Under the pieces are notes generated by a model. The model did not search any database. It was not told the origin of the DNA and saw only the letters and a program-made list of their open reading frames with translations. A DNA stretch of 64,000 nt, taken from contig OX597839.1 in assembly GCA_951406725.2 (NCBI GenBank), positions 12,028,001-12,092,000 on the forward strand, given 5' to 3'. Each line of letters starts with the position of its first letter. The stretch's first letter is position 1. Origin of the DNA: Octopus vulgaris (lineage: Eukaryota). Shown here in pieces: positions 14,657 to 26,831 of the stretch. The position numbers and the translations under genes were made by a program.

Positions 14657-14925
14657 AATATATAAGTTGGAGGAGGGCTCATTAGTCGGTTCGGGACACA
14701 CAAGGAAATTGATAATCAGTAATATCAGATAATTATATATAGGCTTCCACGAAGTAAAAGGGGACAGTCTAGTGGCGACAGGTGGTTAGCGATCTCTGGG
14801 TTTTTTGGAACTCAGTCACGTTAGCGGCATCAGACACTGCATGAAGGGAACCGGTATTGTGGTGCCTGTACCAAAAAATTGCACTTCATAACAACACTTA
14901 GTTTAATTTATTATTCTTGTGCTAT

Positions 14926-14972
14926 GCCGTGCTGACGAGCCCAGATAAGAATGAAACGGCACCATACGTGGC
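14926..14972 (+). ncRNA. Degenerate type-I minimal hammerhead-like motif, probably a Penelope-like element remnant
   Basis: gccgtg-CTGACGAG-cccagataagaat-GAAAC-gg-ca-cc-ATA-cgtggc. Stem I gccgtg/cgtggc pairs with two GU wobbles; stem II is decayed. Confidence 0.4.
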
Positions 14973-15230
14973 TAACAACGACTAGAAGCTTTAAGAACTT
15001 TATATTATATAGAAGAAAAAATATTAAATGTATATTGCTCTTTGATGTAAATTTCTCAACTTAATTTCATTTAGCTTGACCGAGAAGAGATTATGTCCTT
15101 TGGTAAATTCAGCCGAAGTACATACCACGGGTTTCAAGTAAAATTCGTTGGACTATTTGAGTTACGACTAAGATGTCCTTTTCGGTATGTGAACGGACAA
15201 GATTTTGAATTTCATTAATAGGATAAATTT

Positions 15231-15597
15231 TACTCTTTTACTTGTTTCAGTCATTTGACTGTGGCCATGCTGGAGCACCGCCTTTTAGTCGAGCAAATCG
15301 ACCCCAGGACTTATTCTTTGTAAGCATAGTACTTATTCTATCGGCCTCTTTTACGGAGACGTAAACACACCAGCATCGGTTGTCAAGCGATGTTGGGGGA
15401 CAAACACAGACACACACATTTATATACATATATACGACGGGCTTCTTTCAGTTTCCGTGTACCAAATCCACTCACAAGGCTTTGATCGGCCCGAGGCTAT
15501 AGTAGAAGACGCTTGCCCAAGGTGCCACGCAGTGGGACTGAACCTGGAACCATGTGGTTGGTAAGCAAGCTACTTACCATACAGCCACTCCTACGCC
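15231..15597 (-). mobile_element. SINE family A, near full length with small internal deletion
   Basis: Same head, body and tail as 5172-5579; lacks the gccgaaccgctaag segment. Confidence 0.9.
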
Positions 15598-15880
15598 TAG
15601 GATTTAGCTTTCATGACAAGAGGGTAGATAGCGTTTCCTGTTGGTGGATTGTGTAAGCTGGTGTAGTATATGCAATCCTAGTCAACAATAACAAATGCCT
15701 TTCCTTCGTGCCCGGATTTTTAAATAGTGGTAGAGTTTTCGCATTGCCTCCAACTCGAAGAGTGTATGTGTTGCGTATATCCTCCTTTCAAATGATTCAC
15801 TGGTATGCATATATCCATGTATGCATGTGTCTATGTATGTATGTGTGTGTATGTGTGTATATATATATACATATATATAT

Positions 15881-16117
15881 ATCACATGACCGACCAGACT
15901 ATCAGATGTTGTTAAACATCGATGGTCACAATGCGCTCTACATCGTTTTAGCCTTCGAATAACGCTATCTCGCTGGTTATGCGAGCAGGTCAGCATTCTG
16001 CCCCTGAACGAAAAGGTGGACTAGGGCAACGTGAAGTGAAGAACACAACGTTCCGCCCGGTATGGGAATGGAACTCATGATCTAGCGATCGTGAGTGCAA
16101 CAGCCACACGCCTTCAC
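15881..16117 (-). mobile_element. SINE family C, diverged
   Basis: atcacatgaccgaccagactatcagatgtt...ggtcacaatgcgc matches the tail of 54593-54896. Confidence 0.75.
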
Positions 16118-16142
16118 ATGTGTAACAAATGCATATCTATGC

Positions 16143-16173
<31 letters not shown>

Positions 16174-16524
16174 GATATACTCACATATGTATACACACAG
16201 ACACACATATGCACTCAAATATATGTATGCATGTATGTATGTATATATGCATGTATGTTAGTGTGTGTGTATGTGTGTGTATTTGTGCGTGTATGCACGT
16301 GTGTATGTGTGCGTGTGTGTATTTGACTTGAACTAAAGTATACCACGTTGAAAGGCTAGACATTTCACAAGAGCTTTACATACATACATTCATACATACA
16401 TATATGCATACATACATACATACATACATACATGCATACATACATATATGCATACATATATGCATACATATATACATACATACATATGCACAGCATACAC
16501 ACATATATGCATAAACACATACAT

Positions 16525-16556
<32 letters not shown>

Positions 16557-16609
16557 CAGGATACAGAAAAGGGTTTTTTTCATTGGATAATTAATTGCGC
16601 GTTGTGCTT

Positions 16610-16870
16610 GCAGCTGTTTCGACAGGGAAAGGACAGGCAGCTGTCCGCTCTTCTCGTAGCTATGGCGCAAGAGGGTAAGCGGTAATATAGCAGACAAGAC
16701 TGGAAGGACTGAGAGGACAGAACTCTTCGTCTTGGGCCAAGCCCTTCATCGACATTCTCAAGTACCACTTGAAAAAGAAAGTGGAGTGAGAAGAGGAAAT
16801 GTAGCTTTTTTGAGTAAATCAGCTGAAACGTGGAGAAGAGTTGCGAGTAAGGCCTGGCTGAAGGGTCATA
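16610..16870 (+). pseudogene. Decayed LINE ORF2 C-terminus, possibly Tx1/L1-like
   Basis: Broken frames give LVAMAQE...TRLEGL...FIDILKYHLKKKV. Recognised from memory as resembling Tx1-type ORF2 ends; several stops and frameshifts. Confidence 0.35.
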
Positions 16871-17329
16871 CAGTCAACAAGCGACTGTTGGTTAGTGACC
16901 TCAGCTGGTGACGATAAGTATCAGGCTTTTCGTAGTCCGGTTGTTCTGGAAATCACGGGGAGTTCTTGGTTGACGGTGGGTGGGAGTTTCTTCAACCGCC
17001 TTATTGACGAGACAACGTTTGAAATACAAAATGCAGGCATAACTCACCTTGGAACAGGCTGGTAACTTATTCCAAGATATGTAACTTGACTCAAAAGACG
17101 ACGGAACACGAAAAAAACATAACTTTTAATAAATCGACTGAAGATAAGTTTTACGACTGAAAATATAATGATGAGAAGTGGAAAGAGACGTGACTCGAGA
17201 TGTCGTAAGTTGAGGTATGTCGTACTTTTACCTTCCATCATTTATTTGGTTCAGTCATTAGACCGTGGCCACGCTGGAACACCGCCTGAAGAGTTATTAG
17301 TTGAACGAATCGACACCAGTACTTTTTCT

Positions 17330-17733
17330 TATTTCTTTATTGCCCACAAGGGGCGAAAAATAGAGGGGACAAACAAGAACAGACAAAGGGATTAAGACGA
17401 TTACATCGACCTCAGTGAGTAACAGGTACTTAATTTATCGACCCTGAAAGGATGAAAGGCAAAGTCGACCTTGGCGGAATTTGAACTCAGAACGTAGCGG
17501 CAGACATACCTATTTCTTTACTACCCACAAGGGGCTAAACATAGAGGGGACGAACAAGGAGATACAAACGGATTAAGTCGGTTATATCGACCCTAGTGCG
17601 TAACTGGTACTTATTTAATCGACCCCGAAAGGATGAAAGGCAAAGTCGAGATCGGCGCAATTTGAACTCAGAACGTAGCGGCAGACATACCACTAAGCAT
17701 TTCGCCCGGCGTGCTAACGTTCCTGCCAGCTCG
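17330..17733 (-). mobile_element. Tandem pair of SINE family B (17330-17507 5'-truncated; 17510-17733 near full)
   Basis: Two consecutive copies of tatttcttta...cccacaagggg...tcgacccYgaaaggatgaaaggcaaagtcga...atttgaactcagaacgtagcggcagacatacc. Confidence 0.9.
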
Positions 17734-17984
17734 ACACTAGTACTTTTTCTATTGGTATCTTCTTGCCGAACCGCTAGGTCACGGGGACATAAACAAATCA
17801 ATACAGGTTGCGAAGCATGTAAGTTGGAGGACAAACAAATACAAAGACACACACATATTCATGCATATACAAATATGAAAATTGCTTGGAGACACAAGGT
17901 GTGTCACAAAAACCTGTCTAAACTCGCGCCTCTAATGCAGGATACTATCTGTATATTCCATCTTTATACTATATCAAATATTTC

Positions 17985-18438
17985 TATCTACTGGCATGAT
18001 AGAGCTGCACAATATATTCACTGAGTAATTTGCAAAAGCCTGGACTTGCCTCATGATAAAAACTGGTGGGAACACAAACCACCTCCTCTGGAACTTCACC
18101 ATTCAAACTGACAGAAAGATAGATGCGAATAGGCCAGACATCATATTGAAAGACTTCAGACAAAAATCATGCCTCCTCATTGATATGACTATCCCAATCG
18201 ATATAAACGTATCTGTTAAGACCTACCAAAAACTGAGCAAATATAAAGATCTTGAAATAGAAATGAGCAAAATATGGAACCTGAAGGCTAAAACAATACC
18301 TGTTGTCATAGGTGCCTTGGAGATGACAGCAAAAGGGGCTGATTGCTACCTGGCTCAGATACCATGAAACCCCAAAATGGCAGAAATTCAGAAGATAGTG
18401 CTCATGGGAACTGCTCATATCCTACGCAAAATACTTGT
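17985..18438 (+). pseudogene. Dong/R4-type retrotransposon 3' ORF relic (restriction-like endonuclease domain)
   Basis: YWHDRAAQYIH*...WWEHKP / LWNFTIQTDRKIDANRPDIILKD...LIDMTIP...KLSKYKDLEIE...IPVVIGAL...QKIVLMGTAHILRKIL. Homologous to the C-terminus of 26831-28390 but a different family, with stops and a deletion. Confidence 0.9.
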
Positions 18439-18740
18439 AACAAAAATGGTCCTAATTTAAGTATGCGCCGAAAGGATGGAATTTACGTGAGAATAAGAAG
18501 TACTTACTATGATACACTCGGTGAGCAGGGTGACACGGGATCTGTGGAGTTTTTAGTCGCCCCTGGGTGACACTTCCCACTATGGCGGAATTTTCTTATA
18601 TGTATAATTGTATTGTTAATTGATATTGTTTTATTGCTTATTTTATTTAACTCCAACCTCCACTATCCCTTGTTTTGTTTCGTCCTTTATCTGTGTGCGG
18701 CCTTGTGGCCCCCAAAATATTATTATTATTATTATTATTA

Positions 18741-19102
18741 TTACCTCCGCCTTAGCGAAGTTTTCAGTCGTGTTTGTTTGTTTGTCCGTTGACAAGATAT
18801 CTCAAGAACCGCTGCATAGATTCGGATGAAACTTTCAAGAATGTTTGGCCTCGTGACTGTCACGAACGGATTAGAGTTGGGGATCGATCCGGTACCGGAC
18901 AAGGATTCGAGATTATTTTTACCGTTTCTTTATTCAATTTTTGAGAGCAGTAGGCTTTAGTATTCTCATTTTTAGTATTGTCTTTTGTGAGGGTAACTGA
19001 GTTTATTTCAGATATTCCCATTTTTAAAATCATCTCTGGTTAATCGTTAAGAGGACGTTGGAGTGGCATTGGCGGAGGTTTGCGCTCTCTGAATGCTCTT
19101 GT
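18741..19102 (+). mobile_element. Non-autonomous Helentron/HINE-like element
   Basis: 5' ttACCTCCGCC and 3' GGCGGAGGT subterminal inverted repeat, (gttt)n near the 5' end, 3' hairpin gcgctc-tct-gaatgc followed by cttg-tt. Inserted in a (TTA)n tract. Confidence 0.7.
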
Positions 19103-19110
19103 TATTATTA

Positions 19111-19207
<97 letters not shown>

Positions 19208-19912
19208 CAGTAGTTCCAGTGCAGATTAAATAAACAGGAACGTTAAATCTAAGTGAAAACGGAGATTGAGATGTGAGGTCGGTTGTTCAAATTACAAGTG
19301 ATTACAGAAAAAAAACAAGCAAGAAAACATACATAAATTATATATCTACACACACGTACACACACACACATATATATATATATACACGCACACATACACA
19401 CACACATATACCTATATATATATGCACACACATTGGCGCACGTATACATATCAGATATAAACAATCTTCTACTGACACTTTAATCGTATACAAACACAGG
19501 CATCAGCGCATAAATACCGCCACATATTAAGTAGCTATATACAATACGCACATGCACCCACATATACATATATGTACATAGACATACATATTTATACACA
19601 GACATACCGACATACATATGTACAAATGCATATATATATGTGTATATATATGAACGTACAACACATACCTACATACACATGTACATATCCATATATATGT
19701 ATATATATGAACGTATAACACATACCTGCATACACATGTACATATCCATATATATGTACACACGTTCACATACACACACACATACACACATACAAATACA
19801 GACACATGTATAGAAAGATGGCTACGCAGAACATTCATCAAAATATTAAAAGAAACGATCGTTTGAGGCGTAGTGACTAATAGAGAGAGTGATAGATAAA
19901 TAGAGATATATT

Positions 19913-19958
<46 letters not shown>

Positions 19959-19970
19959 CAGAGAGAGTGA

Positions 19971-20015
<45 letters not shown>

Positions 20016-20578
20016 CATATATGAAAGAGAGATAGAGGGGAAGAGAGAGAGTGTGTGTGTATGTGTGTGTATGAAAGTGAAAAAAAGCACTAAAGAGAGT
20101 AAAACTAAGGAAAATGATGTTTTTGAGTACATGTGTCATTGTATCTGTGTATATGTGGTTATACATACATATTTCTGTAAGAGTGAGTGTGTGTATGTAT
20201 AGAACTTCCAACAAACAGCATAACCCTCCTCTTCTTCCTCCTCCTCCTCCTCCTCCTCCTCCTCCACCACCACCACTACCACCACAATACATCTTGCACA
20301 CATCTACCCTATTATACCCCCCATCCATCGTGTTCCTGTATAAACAATCTCTCTTTCAATATCACCGTGTTTCAATCAGCTTATGTTAATGGCTGCAGCT
20401 GTTTAGCAACAACAGTCTAGCAAACATGGACGAAGTCTACAACGGTTTCCGCCATTTTGTTTTACGTTAATACATATCGCTCCTTCTCTTCCTTTCTACA
20501 CATAAATAAGCGATCTATGTGACTGCGTATGCTTTTACTGTATGTATACGTGCGTATTTATATATTTGTGTGTGTGTG

Positions 20579-20617
<39 letters not shown>

Positions 20618-20749
20618 TTTTATATATATTTATATATACTTTTATAGATACACACACATTAGTATATATCTATACACACACACGTGTATTTTAATGTTTG
20701 TTTTTGTGTTCAGTTATAATAAAAACAATTTTACAAGAATCTGATGGGT

Positions 20750-20900
20750 GGCACAGGCGTGGCTGTATGTTGAGTAGCCTGCTCCCCAGGCACATTGTTC
20801 CAGGTTTAGTCCCACTGCATGACACCTTGGGCAAGTGTCTGGTCAACCTAAGCCTCGTGGCTAGATTTGATAGACAGAAACTGAATGAAACTGGTCGTAT
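20750..20900 (+). mobile_element. SINE family A, 5' half, diverged
   Basis: ggcacaggcgtggctgtatg...caccttgggcaagtgtct...gacagaaactgaa. Confidence 0.75.
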
Positions 20901-21077
20901 ATATATAAATTTCAAACCTGGGTTCTCATTCCATTAGACATTCTAAATTAAATTTATTTCATTTAATTTTAAAAAAGGTAAAATCGGACGGAACTTATGG
21001 GATGACCTAATATATAAATTTATTTGTAATCTTTTCTAAGTAAATGTTCATAAAATGATGATTATTGTTATCTTAAA

Positions 21078-21349
21078 CCATGTCAGAAATTTCTTAAATA
21101 TTAATTTCCTCAATCGATGGATTGGCAGATGAGGTCCGCTGCCTTGGCCTCTGAGTTCTTAACTAGCCTTGACTGTTTCCTATGGAGGCATTTTAAGTCC
21201 GTTGTCTCCACAACTCGTTCGAGAAGTGTTGAAGAATTAAAAGGAAATATAAAGAACTCAATGTGCAAAGATTGACATTGAAGTTTTGAATAATGTACGA
21301 AATTCTGTTGGGTTTCGTTTTCAGAAATCAGTTTGAACAATTATTGTAA
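21078..21349 (+). pseudogene. Tc1/mariner (maT/DD37D-like) transposase C-terminal relic
   Basis: HVRNFLNINFLNRWIGR*GPLPWP../LTSLDCFLWRHFKSVV...SVEELKGNI...NQFEQLL*, matching the RWIGRxGPxxWPPRSPDLTPLDFFLWG motif. Confidence 0.8.
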
Positions 21350-21467
21350 CCGTTTTCCGTTTTTGTTTTCCTTTTTTTTTTTTTTTCGGTGTGAGTTAAT
21401 AATTTTGTGATAATGAATATTATGTAAATAAAATAAAAGATTATCGTATTTCTTACATAAACGCTTC

Positions 21468-21498
<31 letters not shown>

Positions 21499-22029
21499 CG
21501 TGTGTCTTTATGTTTGTCCCTCATAACGGCTCGACAGCTAGCATTGTTATGTTTACGTCTCCGGAAATTAACAGTGCGTCAAGAAGGACCAATAGACTAA
21601 GAACCAGACTAAATGAAGTTGATCTCCATCAGACCCTAATCTTTGACCCACATTTATATTGCTACAGCATTAGCTTCTGGTTGGCGAAGCTGGATGGTCA
21701 CCTTCCCTTAGGCTCTCTCTCTCCTCAAGCATCTTGCTTTCGCTTCTCTCATCGATATTGTGTCCACTAGTTCTTCTTCGTCTGAACACCCTCCATCTGG
21801 AATTTCATCCATATCCGTGTTATGCTAGTGTGGAGAAACATGGCTTAGTGGTTTAGGTGTTGGATTCATGATCGTAAGATTGTGGTTTCGATTTCTGGAC
21901 TAGGCGATATGTTGTGCTCTTGAACAAAGCACGCTGCCCTAATCACTGGGCCATTGCGCCTCCACACACACACATATATATATATACACACACACATATA
22001 TATACGTGTGTATGTGTGAACGTGTGTGT

Positions 22030-22270
22030 GTGTATGCGTGCCTGTATGTGTGTTTGACCCCCCCCATTACTTGACAGCCGATGCTGGCGTATTTACGTCC
22101 ATGTACCCTAGCGGTTCAGCAAAAGAAACCCATGGAATAAGTACCAGGTTTAAAAAAGTAAGTACTGAGGTCGATAACTCCGACCAAAATTATTCAAGGA
22201 GGTGCCCCAGCATGGCCGCAGACTAATGACTGAAACAAGTAAAAAGGGTTAAAAACAAAGTAAAAGATTA
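22030..22270 (+). mobile_element. SINE family A, 3' half
   Basis: cttgacagccgatgctggcgt...gcggttcagcaaaaga...ccagcatggccgcag...tgactgaaacaagtaaaa. Confidence 0.8.
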
Positions 22271-22314
22271 AATTTGGTGTTTTATTCGTGAGTCCAACTA
22301 TATTAAGTATTGAA

Positions 22315-22670
22315 ATCCGTGCTTCTGATGGCTGACAAGGCAGATTATCGCGTGGAACATTTATCTACACAGGTTACGTCTGATGATTGGCAGAAGTCTT
22401 TGTTGGAGTTGGAAGGTCTTTCGTCATATCCGTTTATATTCTTGTTTTTCGACGATGTTTTTCAACTTGTTCAATACCAAATCTTGATGATTTGACGCCA
22501 CGCTGTTCTCTCTTGGACATATCGCTCCCAGGACTTAGGGTCAACATTGATGCTCTCCATCGTCTGTGTTCAGTTGGTCATTACAGTATCGCTTATGCCT
22601 GTGCTGAATTCGTTGCGGAGGATTTGACGTGGCAATCTGGCGCTATTCATGCGGTGGAGATATACATTGT
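22315..22670 (-). pseudogene. RTE-clade LINE C-terminal relic
   Basis: Minus strand gives HRMNSARLPRQILRNEFSTG...QTMESINVDPKSWERYVQERTAWRQIIK...LVSHQKH, typical of an RTE post-RT region with a terminal zinc finger. Confidence 0.75.
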
Positions 22671-22804
22671 AGGGGATCAGACGGAAAATAAACACCAGAT
22701 CCCTATTTTATTTTACTTTTTTGTTAGAAATAAACGTGATTCTTTTAGATCAAAACAAAACGAAATATAAACATTGCCTAGAGCAGTACATATACAACTC
22801 CATA

Positions 22805-22879
<75 letters not shown>

Positions 22880-23174
22880 GCTTAAATAGATTTAAATCAC
22901 TCATAGGGAGGGGAAACTGCAACTTGAAACCTTGATGTTTCTATTTAGAAGCATCAAGAAATTTGGATAAGCAGCTGTCATGTCTTAAGAAAATAAATTA
23001 TGTAAAAAAAAAAAATAATGATAATGAAAATTTAAAAAATGCGAAGGAAAAAGATGAAAATTCTTTAAATGTTTAAAAGAAGAAGGAGGAGGATGAGGAC
23101 GACGACGAAAAGAAGAATTAGGAAGGGGAGAAGAGGAAAGGAGGAAGTTTGGAAGAAGAGAAGAGATGGAAGAA

Positions 23175-23213
<39 letters not shown>

Positions 23214-23740
23214 GAAAGAGGAGGAGGAAAAGAAGAAGAAATAAGTAAACCTACTTTGTGTCAGGCTTGAGAAAATAAACTTGGGGTATCTAAGACACCC
23301 TTTTATTTACCCGATTTACAGACAGCCTGAACGGTGGTGGTGGTGATGGGGTGGATCTGCTTCCTAATCTGAAAACTGGAAGCTCTCCCCCTCAATACCT
23401 CCACACCTATATCCACAACTACACCTTTTCCCCGAATCTCCCACACTCAGCTTTTTAACGCTTTCTTTCCCCTTTCGTTTCGTTTCGTTTGCATTAAATA
23501 TTTATTTACGGTTGTAAACGGAGTCGAACTGGCAGTCGTGGGTGTTAAAAACTAAGAAAAAGGGAAAGAAACAAAAAAACGGAAACAAGACATAAAACAG
23601 GAAAAAAAAAAACAGGCTGTTTATCATGTTACTTTGCAGGGATGGGAGGAGAGGCAGACACCCGAACAACAGTAACAACAACTACTACTACTATTACTAC
23701 TACTGCTACTACTTTTACCACCACCACCACCACCACCACC

Positions 23741-23790
<50 letters not shown>

Positions 23791-23793
23791 CTG

Positions 23794-23958
23794 TATTTCT
23801 TTATTACCCACAAGGGGCTAAACATAGAGGGGGACAAACAAGGACACAAAAGTATTAAGTCAATTACATCGATCCCCAGTGCGTAACTGGTACGTAATTT
23901 ATCGACCCCGAAAGGATGAAAGGCAAAGTCGACCTCGGCGGAATTTGAACTCAGAACG
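23794..23958 (-). mobile_element. SINE family B, 5'-truncated
   Basis: tatttctttattacccacaaggggctaaac...gaccccgaaaggatgaaaggcaaagtcgacctcggcggaatttgaactcagaacg. Confidence 0.9.
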
Positions 23959-24087
23959 CAGGTACGGCATCACCAGCCTGTGATATTGGTGACACTGAAT
24001 GCGAGGCGATTTCATTTGCTTTTACTCCGGTTATTCCTGGGGCTATGACCAATGCTAGTCTGGCAACACCGATAACAGTAGGTGCGT

Positions 24088-24278
24088 GGAGGCGCAATGG
24101 CCCAGTGGTTAGGGCAGCGGATTCGCGGTCGGAAGAACGCGGTTTCGATTCCCAGACCGGGCATTGTGAGCATTTATTGAGCAAAAACACCTAAGCTCAA
24201 CGAGGCTCCGGCGGGGTGGGTGGGTGTGTGAATCCCGCTGTACCCTTTCACCACAACTTTCTCTCTTTCTTCCTACTT
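24088..24278 (+). mobile_element. SINE family C, 5' part
   Basis: ggaggcgcaatggcccagtggttagggcagcgg (A box)...ggtttcgattccc (B box). Confidence 0.88.
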
Positions 24279-25169
24279 CCGATGTTGATAGTGATGATGA
24301 AATGTTGATAATGGTAGTTTCCAATTTAATAATAATAACGACGACGACGACGTGAACGATGATGAAAACCAAGAAAAAATATACAAAAGAAGAAGAAAAA
24401 AGCAAAAAAAAAATAAAATTAGGGCAAACTGAAACGAGTAATCATAGTATTTGAGAGATAAAAGAAATTGCAGATCATCAGGATGGAGTTTACATTGTGA
24501 TTATTGAGTGCAGTACATCTTTTCAACGGCGTTTCATAAATATCATAGAACAAACAACACATGAAACACAACAGAATGCCTCCACCACCACCACCACCAC
24601 ACCCACCACTACAACCAATACCAACACTACCAGTGCCCCACCACCATCAACAAACATTCTTCCTTTCCCCACTCTCTTTTTATATTATTAATATAGACTT
24701 TAATATATTTTAATACACAATTTGTAAGCAGCATTAATATATATATATAATCTATTTCGTTGCTGTTTGTTGTTGTTGCCATTGGAGATGGTGATGGTGT
24801 TGTTGCTGTTGGTGGTGGTGGTGGGTTTTGCGTTATTGTAGTTGATGTTCTTGTTGTTGTTGTTGTTGCGCTAAAACTCATGATATTAATGTCAGTAAAT
24901 CTCTTTTTGTTTTGTTTTGTTTTTGTCCTTTGGTTATTTTTATTTCTATTATTCTCTTAAACGTAATCCCACAAACACGCACACTCGCACGCACTCACAC
25001 ACACACACACACACACACGCATGCACGCACACTCACATATCCACACACATGAAGGAATGTATGCATGTGTGTACTGTGTGTATATGTTTAAAAATATGTG
25101 TGTATCTGTATATATATATATACGTATATGATATGCATGTATTTTCATATGTAGATTTTACGTACAAGC

Positions 25170-25200
<31 letters not shown>

Positions 25201-25445
25201 TATAAATATATATACAAACTAAATATATGCATAAATCTATATACATATTTAAATACACACATGCGCGCGCACACAAACACATAAAAGTATTTATACACAT
25301 ATATACATATATGTTTATATATCGATACTATACAAATATCTATTTAAATCTACATCCATCTTCCTATGTATGTATGTATGTACGTATGTATGTATTCATT
25401 TATGTATCTATGTAGCTCTCTGTCTGTCTGTCTGTCTCCCTCTTC

Positions 25446-25478
<33 letters not shown>

Positions 25479-25580
25479 CTCACACATATACATACACACA
25501 TATGTATACAGATACATACATAGATACATACAAACATACATACACACATATATATGTATATATATGTAGTTCTCTGTCTT

Positions 25581-25646
<66 letters not shown>

Positions 25647-26042
25647 TCACACATATACATGCATAAACACACATATGCATACAGATACATACATAGATTC
25701 ATACACACATACATACATGCATATATATATGAACGTATATACTTATGCACACACACACATACACTACATACAGTCATATATACACTTACATACACAGTAT
25801 TATATAATATCTTAAACTATTGTTGCATATCGTTTCGTCAGGTGATTGGATAATTTAGCCTATAATAGACTACGTCCGAAAAGAGGGTTTATCTTGGTCA
25901 CAGCGTCTTTAATCATTCTGTGTGTATTCATAGTTTAATACCGCAATGTGGAATAAGCTGACAACGCAGTGTGTTCACGCGTGGGTACGTAGTGAATAAC
26001 ACACTCGTCCGGCTAAAAACAAGAAGCAGAACGATAAATGGC

Positions 26043-26098
<56 letters not shown>

Positions 26099-26104
26099 TA
26101 AAAA

Positions 26105-26455
26105 ACAACGTGTCTCTAAAAGAAATGGACAAACTTTCAAAATACAAAGACCTGGAAATAGAGGTAACTAGAATGTGGAATCTAAAAACAGAAACAATTC
26201 CTATCATAGTAGGTGCATTAGGCATGATAAAAAAAATATTCAGACAAATACATAACAAAAACACCAGGACTTACAAACACATATAACATACAGAAAATTG
26301 CACTACTAGGCACTGCACACATCCTACGCAGAACACTTTCCATACAATAACCATCAGAGCATCACAACAAATCACAGCACATACCCAAGGCACACAGAGC
26401 TGCGCTCCGTAGTGAAGTGAAAGCACGATATATATATATAAAAAAAAACTACTGA
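26105..26455 (+). mobile_element. Dong/R4-type retrotransposon, short 5'-truncated copy (same family as 26831-28488)
   Basis: Nearly identical to 28146-28488 (NVSLKEMDKLSKYKDLEIEVTRMWNLK... plus 3' UTR ending actactga). One extra A causes a frameshift. Flanked by (AAT)n on both sides. Confidence 0.95.
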
Positions 26456-26458
26456 ATG

Positions 26459-26527
<69 letters not shown>

Positions 26528-26528
26528 T

Positions 26529-26795
26529 GTGTGGTCAATGAGGAGAGTAGACGTGATGCCAATAATAATTGGTGCACTTGGAAGTATCAGCTCTCAATTA
26601 CCAACATGGCTGAAAAAGATTGGTGCAGGTGTGAAGCTGGAACACCTACAAAGATCAGCATTGCTTGTAAATGCAAGAATTCTCTGCAGGGTTCTTGAAG
26701 CGTGACCAGTAAACAGCTGTCACCTTAGTTTGCCGGCTGTGGACGGCTGACACTTTCCTTCATCTCCAGAAGAATAAGCTATGAGCTTTCATCGC

Positions 26796-26796
<1 letters not shown>
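26529..26796 (+). mobile_element. Dong/R4-type retrotransposon 3' end, second family
   Basis: Frame from 26532 reads WSMRRVDVMPIIIGALGSISSQLPTWLKKIGAGVKLEHLQRSALLVNARILCRVLEA* (stop 26703-26705), then a ~90-bp UTR. Flanked by (AAT)n. Confidence 0.85.

Positions 26797-26830
<34 letters not shown>

Positions 26831-26831
<1 letters not shown>

Noticed and set aside
18437-18720. Possible solo LTR starting tgtaac
   Set aside because: No terminal CA inverted end, TSD or second LTR seen.
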